Shown: positions 50,803 through 64,000 of the stretch, in pieces
Layout: each line of letters begins with the position of its first letter
Numbering within the stretch: the first letter of the stretch is position 1
Assembly: GCF_004010195.1 (NCBI RefSeq)
Contig: NC_057718.1
Location: 77,878,318 to 77,942,317 of the forward strand
Origin: Chiloscyllium plagiosum
Taxonomy: Eukaryota
Length of the DNA: 64,000 nt
Reading direction: 5' to 3'
Notes under the pieces: generated by a model
Told to the model about the DNA's origin: nothing
Databases searched by the model: none
The model's input: the letters and a program-made list of their open reading frames with translations, nothing else
Translations under genes and position numbers: made by a program

Positions 50803-52130
50803 CAACGTTTGGGACAAGATTTGTAGCTCGGGTGCTTGTCGTTGTGGTTCTGTTTGCCGAGCTGGGAATTTGTGTTGCAGATATCTCGTCCTCTGTCGAG
50901 GTGACATCCTCAGTGCTTGGGAGCCTCCTGTGAAGCGTTTCTGTGATGTTTCCTCCGGCATTTATAGTGATTTGTACCTGCCGCTTCCGACTCAGTTCCA
51001 GCTGTCCGCTGCACTGGCCGGTATATTGGGTCCAGGTCGATGTGCTTATTGATTGAATCTGTGGATGAGTGCCATGCCTCTAGGAATTCCCTGGCTGTTC
51101 TCTGTTTGGCTTGTCCTATAATAGTAGTGCTGTCCCAGTCAAACTCAAACTACTGGACCTGTGCCTCACAACACACTTCACATTCAACAAATATATGAAC
51201 AGATCAGCAGCACATCCATGGGCACACCCATCTCTGGACTCATAGCAGGTGCGGTAATGCAAAGGTTAGAGCAAACCGTCTTACCGCAAATTCAAACCAA
51301 ACTCTGGGTCAGATATGTAGATACCTTTGTAGTCATTAAAAACATAGAAATAGAGAACACACACCGGATCATCATGCCACACTCTCAGGAATCCGATTCA
51401 CTTGAGAGGAAGAAAAGGACAACCAACTCCCATTCCTCGACGTAATGGTACAAAGAACACCGAATGGAGATTTCGTCACAAAGGTATACAGGAAAGCCAC
51501 ACACACAGACCAAGTCCTGAACGACGAAAGCAACCACCCCAACATACACAAAAGAAGTTGCATCAAGACAATGTTCAAAATGGCCACAACACACTGCAAT
51601 TCATCAGGACTGCAAAAAGAGGAAAAAGAACACCTCTACAATGTATTCGCCAAAAACGGTTACCCCCGCAATTTCATCAACAGATGCCTAAGGGAAAGAA
51701 GGGAAAGAGAGGACATGCCACAACCCAAAGGACTAGCCACACTGTCATACATCAAAAACATTTTTGAACTGACAAAATGACACGACCAGCTATCCTTAGC
51801 AACACACGCAGATGACAAGCAACATGAATTCGACTGGGACAACACTACTATTATAGGACAAGCCAAACAGAGAACAGCCAGGGAATTCCTAGAGGCATGG
51901 CACTCATCCACAGATTCAATCAATAAGCACATCGACCTGGACCCAATATACTGGCCACTGCTGCGGACAGCTGAAACTGACAACCGGAAGCGGCAGATTC
52001 AAACCAGTATAAATGCCGGAGGAAACATCACAGAAGCGCTTCTAAGGAGGCTCCCAAGCGCTGAGGATGTCACCTAGACAGGGGACGAAACGTCTGCAAC
52101 ACAAATTCCCAGCTCGGCGAACAACCACAA
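50803..52130 (+). mobile_element. Penelope-like element with inverted 3'-terminal copy (50803-51145) and 13-bp TSD, inserted in a CR1 tail
   Basis: SMGTPISG..WVRYVD; cgaagggtctgtt at 50790-50802 and 52131-52143; hammerhead at 52058-52097; same family as 38454. Confidence 0.9.
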
Positions 52131-53429
52131 CGAAGGGTCTGTTTCCGTGCTGTACATCTCTATGACTTAGATGAAGTATGCCTAAATGATCTTAAGATTG
52201 ACATCTAGTGGTTGAATATAAGCTGCTCTGCAAGAACTTAACTCTCGCATTTCTCGATTTTTGTTACTTTTTCACATACCAAGGAATGCTGATAAATATA
52301 ATGACTAAAGATGTCAATTAGAATATAAGAATGTTTCCATTCTTTAAACAGAGCCAAACTTTATATGCCAGATCTCCACCTTCCACTTTTATCAGTCATT
52401 GCTTGACTGGGTATCATTTTATATTAAGGTTGAGTGACACTATTGCTCTCGTGTCACTACTCCCCAGGATACAATAAATGAAAATAAATTTTCTTGCGAC
52501 CAAGATGGCCAATTAAATACTTTGTCTACGTCTGGTTTCAGACAACAAGATCTATTGATTAGGTTTCTAAATAAAACAACTATTCATTTCTTAATTTATG
52601 GGAAGTGGTTATTGCTGGTTAGGCCAGTATTTATTGCCCATTGAGTTGCCCCTTGATATAGTAGTAGTGAGATGCCACCTTGAACGGCTGCAGCCCATTT
52701 GGTTTAGGTAGACCCACAATGTCGTCAGGGAAGGACTTCCAGGGATTTGACCCAGTGACAGCAAATATCAAAAGATGCTGAAATTGATTATCATTTTACA
52801 TGAATTATTATAGAAATGTAAGTGTTTAGCTTTCTAAATATTCCAGAACGCATGCAAACATGCATTCTTTGGAAAAAGGCTGAAGGATTTTGCCAGCAAA
52901 GGTGGGCAAGGAACACACTTGGGCCAATTGGTTATTCTTAAATGCAACAGCATAAAGTGTAGAATGTTCCTCAGTCAATTGCTGTGATGTTCTCTCAGTT
53001 GTGGTCAAATCACTAATCACTGAAGTCTTGTGGACATGTTCTACTCAGTAGATTCAGTCATGAGATGGTTGTTCAATTGCCCTTTCAAACAATACCACAT
53101 TAAAACTTCACCTGACGAAGGAAGAGCGCTCTGAAAAATTGTGATTTAAAATGAACCTGTTGGAATATACCCTGGTGACATGTGACTTCTGTTTCAAAAG
53201 AATAGGTTTCATCAAGAGCTCAATAAGAGGGTTTTATTTTGAGAATTGAGGAATATCAGCTTGGCTCGTGAGCAAGCTCCCCCCAAACTCTGCTCCTTTT
53301 TAAAAGGCTTCTGTCCAACTGAACCAGATATTAGAACCCGATAAAGTAAACCCTCTGGGGAAATTGGGTATTAGCAATAAATGCTGGCCTAGGCAGCAGC
53401 ACTCCCATCCCATGAATGAATAAAAACAA

Positions 53430-56273
53430 AGCATCCCTCAGAAGAATATTATATATGAATGCACACAGCATAAGAAATAACGTGGATGAGCTTGAGGCTC
53501 AGTTGGAAATTGGTAGGTATGATGTTATGGGGATAACTGAGGCATGGCTTCAAGTGAACAGGGCCTGGGAAATGAATATTCAAGTCTTATACGTGCTATC
53601 GAAAGGACACACTGACTGGCAGAGGTGGTGGGGTGGTCCTGTTGTGAAGGAATGATATTTAGTCCCTTGTGAGGGGAGACATAGAATCAGGAGATGTAGA
53701 GTCAGTATGGATAGAGCTGAGAAATTCTAAGGGTAGAAGGACCCTAATGGGAGTTATCTACAGGCTCCCAAACAGTAGTCTGGATGTAGGGTGTAAGTTG
53801 AATAAGGAGTTGAAATTGGCCTGTCGCAAAGGTATTACTACCATTGTTATGGGAGATTTCAACATGCAGGTAGACTGGGAGACTCAGGATGGTATTGAAC
53901 CCCAAGAAAGAGAGTTTGCGGAGTGCCTTCGAAATAGACTATTAGGCTCCAGTATAACCTGTTGTAACACGGAGAAGGCAATTCAGGATCTCGTGTTATG
54001 CAACCAACCGGATTTGATCAGGGACCTCTAAGTAAAGGAGCCATTAGGAGGTAGCGACTATAATTTTTAATCTACAATTTGAGAGGGAGAAGGGAGAATC
54101 GGGAGTGTCAGTATTGCAGTTGAACAAACGGAACTATGGAGCTATGAGGGAGAAGCTGGCCAAAGTTCAATCGTTCACAACCTCAGCAGGGATGGTAGTG
54201 GAACAACAATGGCAGGTATTTCTGGATATAATGCAGATGATCGGTACATGATCGGTTCATTCCAAAGAGGAAGAAAGATCCTAAGGGGAGGCAGGGGCAG
54301 CTGTGGCTGACGAGGGAAGTTAAGGACTGTATAAAGATGAGAGAAGTAGTATAACATAGCAAAGATGAGCAAGAAGCTGGAGGACTGGGAAACTTTTAAA
54401 GAGCAACAGAGGATAACTAAAAAGGCAATACGTGGAGAAAAAAAGGTATGAAGGCAAACTGGCCAAAAATATAAAGGAGCTTAGTAAAAGCTTTTTTAGG
54501 TATCTGAAAAGTAAAAAAAAAAGTTAAGACTAAAATTGGGCCCTTGAAGACAGAAGTGGTTGAATTTATAATGAGGTACAAGGAAATGACATGAGTTGAA
54601 TCGGTACTTTGGTTCTGTCTTCACTGGGGAAGATACCAGCAATCTCCCAGATGTAATAGTGGCTGAAGGACCCAGGGTAGTGGATGACCTGAAGGGAATT
54701 TATATTAGGCAGGAAATGGTGTTGTATAGACTGTTATGTCTGAAGGCTGATAAGTCCCCGGGACCTGATGGTCTACATCCCAGGGTACTTAAGGATGTGG
54801 ATCTATAAATCATGGACACATTGATAGAACATTGGAAAATGATTATTGTTTCAGGATCAGTTCCTGCGAATTGGAGGGTGGTTAATGTTGTCCCACCTTT
54901 CAAGAAGGGAGGGAGAGAGAAAACAGGGAATTATAGATCGGTTAGCCTGGCGTGAGTGTTGAATAAGATACTGGAATCAATTATAAAAGATGAAATTACG
55001 ACTCATTTGAATAGCAGTAACAGGATAGGTCCGAGTCAGCATGGATTTTGAAGGGGAAATAGTGCATGACCGTTCTTCTGGAATCTTTTGAGGATGTAAC
55101 TATGAAGATGGACATGGGATGTAGTGTGCCTGGACTTTCAGAAAGCCTTTGATTGGAGATTAGTGAGCAAAATTAGGGCACATGGTATTGGGTGCAAGGT
55201 ACTGACTTGGATTGAAAATTGGCTGACTGACAGGAAGCAAAGTGTTGTGATAAACAGGTCCTTTTCGGAATGGCAGGTAGTGACCAGTGGGGTACCACAA
55301 AGTTCGGTGCTGGGACCACAGCTGTTTACAATATACATCAATGATATAGATGAAGGCATTAATTTGCTGATGACAAAGCTGGGTGGCAGGGCGAAATGTG
55401 AGGAGGATGTTATGAAAATACAGGGTGACTTGGACAGGCTCGGTGAGTGGATGGATGCACGGCAGATGCAGTTTAATGTGGATAAATGTGTGGTTATCTA
55501 CTTTGATGGCAAGAAAAGGAAGGCACTTTATCTAAATGGAGTCAAATTAGGAAAGGGGAAGTACAACGAGATCTAGGTGTTTTTGTACATCAGTCAAGGA
55601 AAGCAAGCATGCATGTACAGCAGGCAGTGAAGAATGCTAATGGCATGCTGGCCTTCATAACGAGGACTTGAGTATAGGAACTATAGCTTCTGCACCTTAG
55701 CAGAGCCCTGGTGAGACCGTACCTGGAGTATTGTGTGCAATTTTGGTCTCCACATTTGAGGAAGGACATTCTGGCTATTGAGGGACTGCAGCATAGGTAC
55801 ACGAGGACAATTCCTGGAATGGCGGGACTATCACGTTGAAAGATTAGAGCGACTGGGTTTGTATACACTTGAGGTTAGAAGGATGAGAGGAGGATCTGAT
55901 TGAGACGTATAAAATTATTAAAGAATTGGACACTCTGGAGGCAGGAAGCGTGTTTCCGCTGATGGGTGAGTCCATAACCAGAGGACACAGTTTGAAAATA
56001 AGGGGTAGGCCATTTAGAACAGAATTGAGGAGAAACTTCTTCACCCAGAGAGTGGTGGATATATGGAATGCTCTGCTCCAGAAGGCAGTGGAGGCCAAGT
56101 CTCTGGATACTTTCCAGAAAGAGATGGACAGAGCTCTTAAAGATAGTAGAATAAACTGTTATGGGAATAAGGCAGGAACCGGATATTGATTGTGGATGAT
56201 CAGCAATCATCATAATGAATGGTGGTGCTGGCTCGAAGGGCTGAATGGCCTACTCCTGCACCTATTGTCTATT
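53430..56273 (+). mobile_element. CR1 LINE, nearly complete decayed ORF2 and 3'UTR
   Basis: YMNAHSIRN..GITEAW, GDFN, KSPGPDGLHPRVLK, DFQKAFD, SGVPQSSVLGP; tail ctattgtctattg. Confidence 0.9.
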
Positions 56274-56334
56274 GACTCAGTTCCTAATCAAAAACAGCCT
56301 CAGCAGGATTGTAGAGTAAGCAGTTATCACCATT

Positions 56335-59270
56335 CAAGGTTTGAGCTATAAGGAGAGGCTAAAGAGACTGGAGCTATTTTCCCTGGAGCATTGGAGGCTG
56401 AGGGGTGACCTTGAAGGTTCATAAAATCATGGGCATGTAGAAGGTGAATAGCCATGGTCTTTTCCCCAGGGTTGGGGAATCCAAAACTAGATGATCTAGC
56501 TTTAGGATGAAAGGGGAAAGATTTAAAAGGGACCTAAGGGGCAACGTTTTCCACACAGGGTAGTGTGTGTTTGGAATGAGCTGCCCGGGGAAATGATGGA
56601 GACTACTACAATTATGGCATTTGAAAGGTATGTGGAAAGGTATATGAATAGGAGGGGTTTGAAGGAATATGGGCCAAATTCTGGCAAATGGGACCATACG
56701 TTATTTCGGATATCTGGTCGGCATGGACAGTTTGACCATAGGGTCTGTTTCTGTATTGTACAACTCTATGATTGTGATTTTCAGGAACCTTGTCTTTTTT
56801 TTTAAAAGGTCTGCAGCAGTCACTGAATTTACAATTGCCGGTTTGAAAGAAACCCTTCAGGTGTTTCGACAAAATTTGAAATAATTTTTTCCTCAATCTT
56901 TCAAAACTTTAGCACTCCAGGAAAAATTAAATGTGAAACAATATACCATTTCTCCTTATCTATTTAGCCTATCCATGCCCCTCATTATTTTATAAAACCT
57001 TTATAAGTTTACCCCTCAGCCTCTGACTTTCCAGGGAAAACAGCCCCAGCCCTCTCCAGTTCAAACCCTCCAACCCTGGTAACATCCTTGTAAATCTTTT
57101 CTGAACTCTGGCAAGTTTCACAACATTCTTCCTAGAGCAGGGAACCAGAATTGCACATCATATTCCAATGTCCTGTACAATGTTCTGACCAATAAAGGGA
57201 AGCATACCAAATACCATCTTCACTATCCTATCTATCTCGACTCCATTTCCATGTAACTAGAAACCTGCATTCCAAACTTTGTTCAGCAACACTTCCCAAG
57301 ACCTTATCATTAATGTATAAATCCTGACCTGATTTGAAATGCAGCACCTCACATTTATCTAAATTAAACTCCATTTGCCACTTCACGGCTCATTGGCCTA
57401 TCTGATCAAGATCCTGTTGTAATTTGAGGTAACTTTATTCACTGTCCACTACACATCCAATTTTGGTGTCATCTGCAAACTTATGACTATACATCCTATG
57501 TTCACATCCAAATCATGTATTTAAATGACAAAAAGCAGTCGACCCAGCACAGATCCTTGTAGCCCATCACTGGATAACAGGCCTGCAATCTGAAAAGCAA
57601 CCTTCAGGCCAGTTCTGTATCCATTGGCTAGCTCTCCTTGTATTCCATGTGATCTAACCTTGCTAACCAATCTCCCATGAGGAACCTTGTCGAACACCCA
57701 ATAAAGTTATCATCCCTTTCTTATTTTTCAGTTTCACCCAAATAACTTCCCGAAACCTATTCCAAGAATATCCTCCCTAAGTATAGTTATAATGTTATCC
57801 CTTATCAAAAATGCCCCCTTCTCCCCCCCCTTCCTTCAACACTTGCATCCTGGAACATTAAGCTCCCAGTCCTGTCCATTTTGGGATTAAGGATCACCCA
57901 CAAGAGTTGCTGGATGGGAGTTTCATGATTTTGGTACAGCAACAGGGAATGTACAGCTGCACTGTTCCAAGTCATAATGACGTCTGACTTAAAAGGGCAT
58001 TTGCAGGTAGTGGTGCACATACACATCTGTCCTTGTACTTCCAGATGATAGGTGCCACATGTTTGGTAGTTACTGTTGGAGATTTGAATTAGGTCCTGTA
58101 GGTGGCAAAGACTGTTGCCACTGAGTCAGTGGTGAAAGAATGTTGAAGGCTTTAGTTGCTTTGCCAATCCAGCAGACTGCTGTTTCCTGGCTGGTCCAGG
58201 CATATAGATGCAAGCTGCTTTAGTATCTGAGGATCCACAACTGGTGCCTAATATTGCACAGTCTTTAGTGAGTATCCCCACTTCTAACCTCCCAATGAAG
58301 GGAAAGTCATTTAAGTAGCTGAAGATGGTTGGGCCTAGGACACTAACCCGAAGATTCTGGCTTTTGTGGCACAGTGGAAGTGACCCTGCCTCTGAACAAG
58401 GAGATCCAGGTTCAAGTCTCTCAAATTGTAGAAACACCACTGAACAGGTAGACAGAAAATACTTATCCTGCCGATTTCTTGCAGTGATGTACTGTGGCTG
58501 AGATGGTCTCCATCATCCACAACAATGTCTTTCTTTGTTAGACATGACAAGCAAAAAGGTTTCCCCTTGATTCCCATTGATGTCAATTTTGCTAGGCTCC
58601 CTTGCTGCCATAATCATTCAAGTGCTACCTTGATATCATGAGCAGTTGCTTTCACCACACCACTGGAGTTTAGACATTTCCTCCACGTTTGGTCAAAAGT
58701 TGTAATGAGGTCAGCAGCTGAGTTCCCATGACAGGACTTAAGCCAAGCATTAATAGGCAGGTTATACACTCATACAGCACAAACGGATCTTTTAGCCCAA
58801 CTCATCCATTTTGACCAATTATCCTAAACTGAGCTAGGCCCATATGTGCCTGCATTTGGCCCATATCCCTGTAAACCTTTCCTATTCATGTACTTGTCCA
58901 AATCTCTTAGGTTGTATTTGTACCCACCTCTCCCTTATAACTGGTGGCTCATTCCATGTATACACCACCCTCTATGTTTTGGACTAGTTTTCTGTAAGCT
59001 TTCTGGTTTAACAACATCCTTCCTATAGCAAGATGATTAGAATTGCAAGCAGTATTTTAAAAGTGGTCTCACCAATATCTTGTACAGCCACAACATGATT
59101 TTCCAACTCCTATACTCAGTGCTCTGACTGAAGGCAAGCATGCCAAATGCTGCCTTTACCCTGTCAACTTGAGACACCACTTTCAACGAGCGATGAACCT
59201 GCACCCCAGGTCTCCTTATTCAACTGCACTCCCCAGAGCTCTACTATTAACTCCGTCCTGCCCTGGTTTC
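56335..59270. mobile_element. Patchwork of CR1/L2 fragments in both orientations
   Basis: CR1 3' end on plus (56335-56775), CR1 RT on minus (56965-57700, 58770-59270), L2-like on minus (57890-58760, SVLGPTIFS). Confidence 0.65.
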
Positions 59271-59276
59271 TCTTGG

Positions 59277-62200
59277 AGTCATAGAGATGTACTGCATGGA
59301 AATAGACCCTTTGGTCCAACTTGTCCATGCCGACCACATATCCCAACTCAATCTAGTCCCACCTGCCAGCACCCGGCCCGTATCCCTCCAAACCCTTCCT
59401 ATTCATATACCCATCCAAATGCCTTTTAAATGTTGCAATTGTACCAGCCTCCACCACATCCTCTGGCANNNNNNNNNNNNNNNNNNNNNNNNNNNNNNNN
59501 NNNNNNNNNNNNNNNNNNNNNNNNNNNNNNNNNNNNNNNNNNNNNNNNNNNNNNNNNNNNNNNNNNNNNNNNNNNNNNNNNNNNNNNNNNNNNNNNNNNN
59601 NNNNNNNNNNNNNNNNNNNNNNNNNNNNNNNNNNNNNNNNNNNNNNNNNNNNNNNNNNNNNNNNNNNNNNNNNNNNNNNNNNNNNNNNNNNNNNNNNNNN
59701 NNNNNNNNNNNNNNNNNNNNNNNNNNNNNNNNNNNNNNNNNNNNNNNNNNNNNNNNNNNNNNNNNNNNNNNNNNNNNNNNNNNNNNNNNNNNNNNNNNNN
59801 NAAGATTTCTTTCCCAAAATGCAGCACCTCACATTTATCTGAATTAAACTCCATCTGCCACTTCTCAACCCATTGGCCCATCTGGTCCAGATCCTGTTGT
59901 AATCTGAGGTAACCTTCTTCGCTGCCTACTACACCTCCAATTTTGGTGTCATCTGCAAACTTAGTAACTGTACCTCTTATGCTCGCATCCAAATCATTTA
60001 CGTAAATGACAAAAAGTAGAGGACCCAGCACTGATCCTTGTGGCACTCGACTGGTCACAGGCCTCCAGTCTGAAAAACAACCCTCCACCACCACCACCCT
60101 CTGTCTTCTACCTTTGAGCCAGTTCTTTGTCCAAATGGCTAGTTCTTCCTTTATTCCGTGAGATCTAACCTTGCTAATCAGTCTCTCATGGGGAAACTTG
60201 TTGAATGCCTTACTGAAGTCCATAAAGATCACATCTACCGCTCTACCGACATCAATCCTCTTTGTTACTTCCTCAAAAAACTCAATCAAGTTTGTGAGAC
60301 ATAATCTCCCATGCACAAAACCATGCTGACTATTCCTAATCAGTCCTTGCCTTTCTAAATACATGTACATCCTGTCCCTCAGGATTCCCTCCAACAACTT
60401 GCCCACCACCAACGTCAGGCTCACTGGTCTATAGTTCCCTGCCTTCTCCTTACTACCACCTTAAAGAGTGGCACCACGTTAGCCAACTTCCAGTCTTCCG
60501 GCATCTCACCTGTGACTATCGATGATACTAATATCTCAGCAAGAGGCCAGCAATCACTTCTCAGGTCTTGGGGATTTATCCGTCTTTATGCATTTCAAGA
60601 CATCCAGCACTTCCTCTTCTGTAATATAGACATTTTACAAGATGTCACCATCGATTTCGCTACTTTCTATATCTTCCATATCCTTTTCCACAGTAAATAC
60701 TGATGTAAAATACTTGTTTAGTATCTGCCCCACCTCCTATGGCTCCACACCTCCATGCCTTGTTGATCTTTGAGGGGCCCTTTTCTCTCCCTAGTTATCC
60801 TTTTGTCCTTAATGCATTTGTAAAAATCCTTAGAATTAAGGAAAATTCCATTTGTCAAAGCTATCTCATGTTCCCTTTTTGCCCTCCTGATTTCCCTCTT
60901 AAGTATACTCCTACTTCCTTTATACTCTTCTAAGGATTCACTCGATCTATCCTGTCTATACCTTACATATGCTTCCTTCTTTTCCTTCACCAAACCCTCA
61001 ATTTCTTTAGTCATCCAGCATTCCCTATACCTACCAACCTTTCCTTTCACCGTAACAGGAATATACTTTCTTTGGATTCTCGTTATCTTATTTCTGAAGG
61101 CTTCCTGTTTTCCAGCCATCCCTTTACCTGCGAACATCTGCCCCCAATCAGCTTTTGAAAGTTCTTGCCTAATACCGTCAAAATTGGCCTTTCTCCAATT
61201 TAGAACTTCAACTTTTAGATCTGGTCTGACCTTTTCCATTACTATTTTAAATTTAATAGGATTATGGTCGCTGGCCCCAAAGTGCTCCCCCAACTGATAC
61301 CTCAGTCACCTGCCCTGCCTTATTTCCCAAGAGTAGGTCAAGTTTTGCACCTCCTCTAGTAAGTATAGCCACATACTGATCAGAAAATTAGGGGGTCTAT
61401 AATACAATCCCAATAAGATGATCATCCATTTCTTATTTCTCAGTTACATCCAGGGAAGCTATTTGGATGGTTTTCCAGGAATATCCTCCCTCAGTACAGC
61501 TGTAATGCTATCCTTTATTAAAAACACCACTCCCCCCTCCTCTCTTGCCTCCCTTTCTGTCATTCCTGTAGCATTTGTATCCGGAACATTAAGCTGCCAG
61601 TCCTGCCCATTCCTGAGCCACTTTCTGTAATTGCTATGATATCCCAATCCCATGTTCCTAACCATGTCCTGAGTTCATCTGCCTTTCCTGTTAGGCCCCT
61701 TGCATTGAAATAAATGCAGTTTAATTTATTAGTCCCACCTTGTCCCTGTCTGCCCTGACTGTTTGACTTGCTTCTGTTCTCAACTGTACTCATCTCAAAT
61801 TGATCTCTTTCCTCACTATCTCTCTGGGTCACGCCCCCCCTTTCCTATAACTGCCATCCATTACATACTGTTGCTGTTGCAAATTCCTCATTGCTTCTAA
61901 CTGTCTCTCCAACTGATCCATTCAATCTGATAAGATTCTCAATCAACAGCATTTATGGCAGATATAATCCGCAGTAACCCTTAAACTCTCTTTAAACTCC
62001 CACATCCGACAAGCGCATTTCACTCTACCAAAGGCCATTTTTGCTCCTTCACAATCTACAGACCCAGAAAATAACACCGTCTTATTCATCTGCAAAACAC
62101 TGTCCTAAGTTAAATTAATAGTTATGGCTTATATTTTAAGTTTAATCAAGAGACATATCTGAAAAAACATATAATCAAGAAAAAACTCACTAATGTAGAC

Positions 62201-62645
62201 TTTCTGTAGGTCACACTTAAAAACAATACAATACACTTATCTGCTTCTGTGCAGTGAACTTCGCCCAAACAGTTCCTCCAAGATCAGTTGTGAATTTCAC
62301 TGCTAATTTTCCCAGGTGCACTCCGATGTCCAATGATGCGTGAATTCAAACAGCAAAGGCAGTAACTGTGCAGGTTCACTGCTCTGTCATCTCTCTCTCT
62401 CTCTCTGTCTCTCCTGCACTGACCTCACCATGTGCTTCCTTTGTCTGTTCTTCTCTCTTTTAAAACTGCCGTTGTTTCGACTTTTGTTTTTCCAAAGTTC
62501 CAAAACAATGCAACAGCATATGAAACAGTAATTGCTGCTCCTGGAATTCGAGAAATCACCTCCAGCACCTAAAATACCTCAAGAAAGGAGCAGCTGTTAG
62601 AGCCAGAAATATTTCCCATCCTCCATCTTGTGGATTACCCAGAAT
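59277..62645 (-). mobile_element. CR1 LINE with probable 5'UTR, ORF1 zinc-finger start and ORF2
   Basis: ORF1 from 62038: [60 protein letters not shown]; 3'UTR at 59277. Confidence 0.88.
59469..59801. other. Assembly gap (333 N) inside a CR1 copy
   Basis: Run of N. Confidence 1.
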
Positions 62646-63279
62646 CCTCAATCTTAGCAAAATGCAACACTTTGCATTTATCTACATTAAGCTCCAAGCG
62701 CCACTTCACTTTTAGTAAGTAACACTGTTTGGGGGAATAAAGTGTCAAATGCAGGGAGAATGCCTGTAACTGAAAAATAATAGAAATGCATTATTTTAAC
62801 AGTTAATAAACAACTGCAAAAAAAAATGCATTGATTTTTGTTCAACGGATGTTGTATGCTGTTGAAGTACTCCAGGTTCTGCACAGGCCCCAGAAAAATT
62901 AAACTGGATATTATGGTGAAAGTCACTTTTGGCTAAAGATTAATGCGATACTTCTGTTTGGCTTTCTGAGCCAAGGTTGTTCAACCAGCTTGATGTCTAC
63001 CACTATAATGTTCCCTTTTAATTTTTCTCGAACCTGTGCAGAACCAGGAGTCATCTAGCTGCATGCTGCATCTATTGAGCGGAAGTCGTAATGCAAATTT
63101 TTTGTAGTTTGTTCATTAACTACTAGAAGTGTGCATTTATATTTCAGTTACAAGCATCCTACCTGCATATGCCATTTCTTCTCCCATCCTCTTTCTCTTC
63201 CCACTCCACATAATGTTAAGTATTAAAAGTGTGCAATCATATTTTATAATTGCAGGTATTCTACCTACAAAAATAAACG

Positions 63280-64000
63280 AAACTGTTTGCTTGGCTCAGA
63301 AGTCTGGGGACACCTTTAGTGGTGATGCTGTGATCAAATGCATGCCACTCTTGTGATTCCTCTTGAAATTTGTATTTCAGGTTTTCATGTCGCAGTTGAA
63401 TAAATTGAAGGACTGTTGGGAGCAGCCTGAATCTCCTTAACTACTTCACTCTGATAAACACATTCACCCAAATACTGAGCCTGATTGACCTTGGCCTTTG
63501 CAAATTGCATAGCTTCACTTGTCAAATAGCTTCTCTGCAAGAAGAATTTGCAAAGAGATGCCAGTTTACTGAGAACCCCATTCAGATCTGTCAATACAAT
63601 GCAGTATTGTGGCTTTCTGAGCATCTACAGGTAGTATTTGTTTATTGGGTCATTGCACATAAATTGCTCTCTGCAATACATAGTTTTGCATTAGTATACT
63701 GTGTATGTCAAAATGGCACTGTCACACTGAGACTTTGGAAAGATCTTCAAATTGTCCTTTTTCACGGTTGATCTGCTGAACATTATGCAAAGTCTTAGTT
63801 GTCAATTATGCAAGATATTGAAATACTATGTCCAAATACCATATTCTCAGATTTTCTCAGTAAGCAGCACAGTGCTGTTCCTGAAAATGTTTGATTTGAA
63901 TCATAATATTGTGGCTATTCCATCTGATGTGAATATCACTAACTTCTGTAAATCAAGGTCGTTGTTAACATAAAGTTGCTTGATTGTTATCAGAGTGGAG
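63280..64000 (-). pseudogene. Decayed hAT-superfamily (ZNF862-like) transposase remnant
   Basis: Minus-strand fragments RSTVKK, NDPINKY, LRKPQYCIVLTDLNGVLSKLASLCKFFLQ and ENLKYKF..EWHAFD resemble the helical region of hAT/ZNF862-like transposases. Frameshifted; no TIR seen. Confidence 0.5.

Larger units (their letters stand above)
16633..64000 (+). other. AFDN: AFDN intron 1 (runs past the window end)
   Basis: GT donor at 16633. By eye I found no downstream segment encoding DLEFHGVMRFYFQD. Confidence 0.7.

Noticed and set aside
59287..60424. Longest ORFs in the track (160-332 aa)
   Set aside because: Inflated by the N gap. The real part is CR1 RT.

Overview
Repeat-rich vertebrate genomic DNA, very probably a shark (HE1-type SINEs, shark-type CR1 LINEs and abundant Penelope-like elements). 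The only host gene I can support is afadin (AFDN). It has a CpG-island promoter (~16.2-16.8 kb) and a first coding exon at 16534-16632 (MSSREEERTKLAEIINHWNANRLDLFEISQPTE, then GTGAGT). I found no exon 2, so the remaining ~47 kb reads as intron 1. Almost all ORF-track entries are decayed retroelement fragments: CR1 of several subfamilies, one Rex1/Babar, several Penelope-like elements (PLEs) and a probable hAT remnant. Three things are not shown by the ORF track. (1) About a dozen minimal hammerhead-ribozyme motifs sit in PLE termini, including a U3-A8 core variant and a tandem pair. (2) Five ~210-250 bp fold-back palindromes are centred on a hammerhead, three of them with ~16-bp target-site duplications; they look like MITEs but appear to be PLE retro-products. 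(3) An antisense LTR element of ~9.8 kb has a tRNA-Ser primer-binding site, a PPT-like tract and no recognisable coding capacity, and carries nested insertions. A solo LTR of the same family lies beside it. There is one assembly gap (59469-59801). Most repeat boundaries are approximate and were placed by eye.
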